Shown piece by piece: positions 40,060-43,381 of a stretch of 43,381 bases of DNA. A program made the position numbers and the translations under genes. The stretch is from Octopus bimaculoides (Eukaryota), in contig NC_068992.1 of NCBI RefSeq assembly GCF_001194135.2, forward strand, positions 46,543,096 to 46,586,476, given 5' to 3'. Positions within the stretch are counted from its first letter, which is position 1, and each line of letters begins with the position of its first letter. The notes below the pieces were generated by a model. The model did not search any database. It was not told the origin of the DNA and was given only the letters and a program-made list of their open reading frames with translations.

Positions 40060-40241
40060 GACGACGACGACGAGTACGACAAAGATGACGACGGCGATGG
40101 TGGTATTAATTGAGACGGTTGTGATTGTGGTGGTGGTGATGATGTTGTCATAGTGATTGATAATGTGTATGATGGTGATCTTTATGGAGATGGTGATCGT
40201 GGTAATGTCTATGAAGGGGATGACGATGTTGATGATGATGA

Positions 40242-40283
<42 letters not shown>

Positions 40284-40458
40284 TGATGATGATGACAACG
40301 ATGACGATGATGAATGTGATGATGATTAATATGAAGGCGATGACTACGTTGGTGGCAGTGATTGTGATAATGCTGTCATATCAATGATTGGGATGACGGT
40401 GTTTATGGAGATAGCTATCAGGAAAATGGCGATGATGTTGATGACTATGTTGATGGCG

Positions 40459-40494
<36 letters not shown>

Positions 40495-40900
40495 GTCGTG
40501 CTCCTGGTGTTGGTATTTTTGGTATTGTTGCTGATGGTGGAGATAGTTGTAGCGTTAGTGATGATGTTATTAATGCTGGATACGGTGGTGGTGACTGTGG
40601 TGTTTCTGCCGCTGGCGGTGGTGTTAAATGAAGTTGATAATGTCGATCATAGTAGTTGTGCTGCTGCTTCTGTTGCTGTTGCTGCTGATGATTGCTTTGG
40701 TTGTGGAGGAGGTCGTGGTAGTGCTATTGATGTTTTTGATCTTGAATATGGTGGTAAAGGTGGTGGTGGTGGTGGTGGTGTGGTATCTGCTACCACTGAT
40801 GATGATGATGATGATGATGATGATTTCAGTGGTGATGGTTATACCGTTATGACGTTGATCATGGTTGTGCTGCTGATAATGGCGATGACGATGGTGATAA
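40060..40900 (+). repeat. Cryptic trinucleotide region (GAT/GAC/GGT/GCT)n
   Basis: Runs of gatgat, gacgac and ggtggt; source of the M/V/T-rich ORFs at 40157-41019. Confidence 0.92.
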
Positions 40901-42421
40901 ATCACCACATTAAAATTCATATCTATAAATTCCAACTATATAAAATAGCTTCTTTTAACTCTTATAAATGTTATATCATTATTTATACATTTATATATTC
41001 TTCTTGGTGTTTTGCGTAATAGAAATCTTCTATTAACTGAGATATTCGAGATGTAACATTGATAATTTCTCATCCTTCATTTAAAATCCTAATTGGTAGA
41101 AATATTGGTTACTAAAGCACCAGATACTTTTGGTCACCATCAGTCGATTCGTATTCTTTTTGTCGCTTCTTTCATTTTTCTTTTTTTTCTTTCATTTTTT
41201 ATTTTTCGCCATCTTTGGTATTGATTTTGATTCCCGGTTGCGTTTGTAGGAGATGAAAATTGTGTTCGACAAACAGCAATGCAATATGAAATATTCAATT
41301 CTAGCTTTTGTTGGGGCTGCGAGCATTTTCTATTTCTGTAGCAGCTCAAGGGTTTCCAATAATTTCTCCGTTCACCTTAAAGCTGTCACTAGTATCAACG
41401 GGTCCGTTTATAACACAGTTCCATCTCAAGAATTCTCTAAACACTGCCAATATTTTTCTATATTGCTTCTTTATTTGTTTGCGTGTGCGTGTGTGTACGT
41501 TTGTGTGAGAGATTATATGCATAAATATGTGCACGTATGCATATGTATGAGAGCCTTTCTCCCTATGCATGAAAGTATGTGTGAGAATTGAAACTGGCTA
41601 TGCTTTTTTTCTTGTGTTTTTCTGTTATTTTGCAAATTTTAAAAAATATTTTCGTTGATGAAATATCAATTATAGTAAATTTTATTAATAAATCACTCAG
41701 TTTAAATATTTCGTTCCAAGGATATTTTTTTTTTTTTGATTTACTATTTCTAAATTTTTTAAATATTTTTCTCTTATGACTTTTAAATACAATTATAAAG
41801 AAGTAGGGGTTACTGGTCAAGAAGGGAAGAAAAATTGTGTCGAAAAAATAACGCCAAAGTAATTCATGGAGATTTTCGCATCTAAATTGATACTGGGGGA
41901 AAGTATTTTATCAGGGAGAATAACCTTTTCAAATGTTAGAATCTCTTTATATGTTAACCCACTCTTTGGTTAAAATCTAAAATAAAGGGATATGTGTTGG
42001 TTTGCAATGATGGGCTGTAGTAATTGAAATTTTAAGGTTCAACCTTCTATTTGTTTGAAAGATGTCTCACAAACATATTTCTTTGCTTTATTTCATTACA
42101 CCATACCACTATTTTATTTTAGTTCCAACCAAATGTATACTAATAGAGAGAATTACAAGCTTACCATTTCTAGCAGAAATCTAGAAGGATAATACAAAAC
42201 TTATAATGGATATTCAGCCACAATTGAAATAAATCCAAGACTATATATAAGCAGATTGATGTCTTGTATTCTACCTTATATCTGAGAGTAGAAAAACTGT
42301 TGCTAACCTATAGCTAACAGTGTTTCACTGATGCATAATCTGTATTTTAGAGGTATTTGTTTACGTGTTTGAACTAACCGTGTGGTCATTACACTTTAAA
42401 ATATATATATAGAATTACTTT

Positions 42422-42626
42422 AGATAGAAAACAAAAATTAAGGGAGTTCTTTTACAATCAGGTATTGTTTAGTACCAGTAATATATACGAGCTGGAATGA
42501 GATATTTCAAAGCATCACGATGAAGGAATTAATACAACTTGAGATAAAGTTTTGTGCAAAGTTATTCTGAAAGACGTTCTGGAGATTCCGTAGGAGTTTG
42601 TAATAAGAAGGTGACTTGAAGCCATT
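42422..42626 (+). repeat. ~200-bp dispersed direct repeat, copy 2
   Basis: See copy 1 (39111-39313). Confidence 0.92.
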
Positions 42627-42830
42627 ACGCGATCTTACCTGAGAATGGCAATAACTTTTTAAGGATATGTATTTTGCTGTATTAGACTGAAAAAGATACT
42701 GGTAAGTAATGCGCTCAAATATTTAGAATGCCGAACCCGGCTACAGCTTAGGTTTATAATCGTTTTGTTGAAAGCTTTGTATAATACTGGACAACTTACA
42801 AACTTGAGGTAAGTGGAAGAATAATAACAC

Positions 42831-42833
<3 letters not shown>

Positions 42834-42869
<36 letters not shown>
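42834..42869 (+). repeat. (GAT)n microsatellite
   Basis: Direct inspection. Confidence 0.95.
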
Positions 42870-42871
<2 letters not shown>

Positions 42872-43112
42872 TTTGAACGCAAAATAGCTGTCATAATAGC
42901 TTCGAAGATAGGGATGTTACCCTTTGAACGCGGATAAAAGTGGCCAGTAAGCCGATACAGAGAAAGTGTGTGCTTGTGTGTATATATGTATATTTGTATG
43001 CTTTCCTAAGACTTCTCATAAATACACTTATAACTTCTTCACTTTCTTTCTTTCTTTCTTTCTTTTTATCTATCTATCAAATCAGTCTACCTACATATAT
43101 CCTTTAATACTT

Positions 43113-43313
43113 TCTTTTATTCTCTATTTAGTTTCATTCATTTGACTGCGGCCATGTTGGAGCACCACCTTTAGTCGAATAAATTAACCCCACGACTTAT
43201 TCTTTGTAAACCTAGTATTTATTCTATTGGTCACATTTACCAAACCGCTAAGTTGCGGGTACGTACACACACCAACATTGGTTGTCAAGTGATGGTAGGG
43301 GCACTAAAGACAG
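43113..43313 (-). mobile_element. SINE family B copy, 3' part
   Basis: Reverse complement: ...ccatcacttgacaaccaatgttggtgtgtgtacgt...cttagcggtttggtaaa...aagaataagtcgtggggtt...cgactaaaggtggtgctccaacatggccgcagtcaaatgaatgaaac. Confidence 0.87.
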
Positions 43314-43323
43314 ACACACAGAC

Positions 43324-43325
<2 letters not shown>

Positions 43326-43381
<56 letters not shown>
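43326..43381 (+). repeat. (TA)n microsatellite running off the window end
   Basis: Direct inspection; lies where the internal microsatellite of the adjacent family B SINE is expected. Confidence 0.97.

Noticed and set aside
40070-40098. FLAG-tag-like peptide EYDKDDDG
   Set aside because: Coincidental product of GAC/GAT triplet sequence; no vector context.
40384-41019. 211-aa ORF, longest gap-free ORF in the window
   Set aside because: Low-complexity GAT/GGT triplet sequence that changes register midway; no domain or splice support.
41253-41591. 112-aa ORF and strong-looking acceptor at ~41341
   Set aside because: Runs into TG/TA repeat sequence, has no matching donor and no recognisable domain.

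Overview
AT-rich, microsatellite-saturated eukaryotic scaffold with about 16 N-gaps, almost all flanked by (TA)n. It is most likely octopus (Octopus bimaculoides-type assembly); this is inferred from composition and from SINE families I recognise from memory, not from a search. No protein-coding gene can be confidently supported, so the window looks intronic or intergenic, and nearly all listed ORFs come from microsatellites or N-runs. Supported content: (1) eight SINE copies from three families; (2) a decayed + strand L1/Tx1-clade LINE fragment spanning the ORF1 end and the ORF2 endonuclease start, fused to a SINE head; (3) four minimal type I hammerhead-ribozyme-like motifs from three unrelated repeats, of the Penelope-like-element type; two of them sit head-to-head inside a spacerless ~345-bp palindrome, the most unusual object here; (4) a ~100-bp cassette of overlapping perfect hairpins, a ~200-bp dispersed repeat, a 273-bp-period duplication, a 15-bp minisatellite and many simple repeats. 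All alignments and folds were done by eye.
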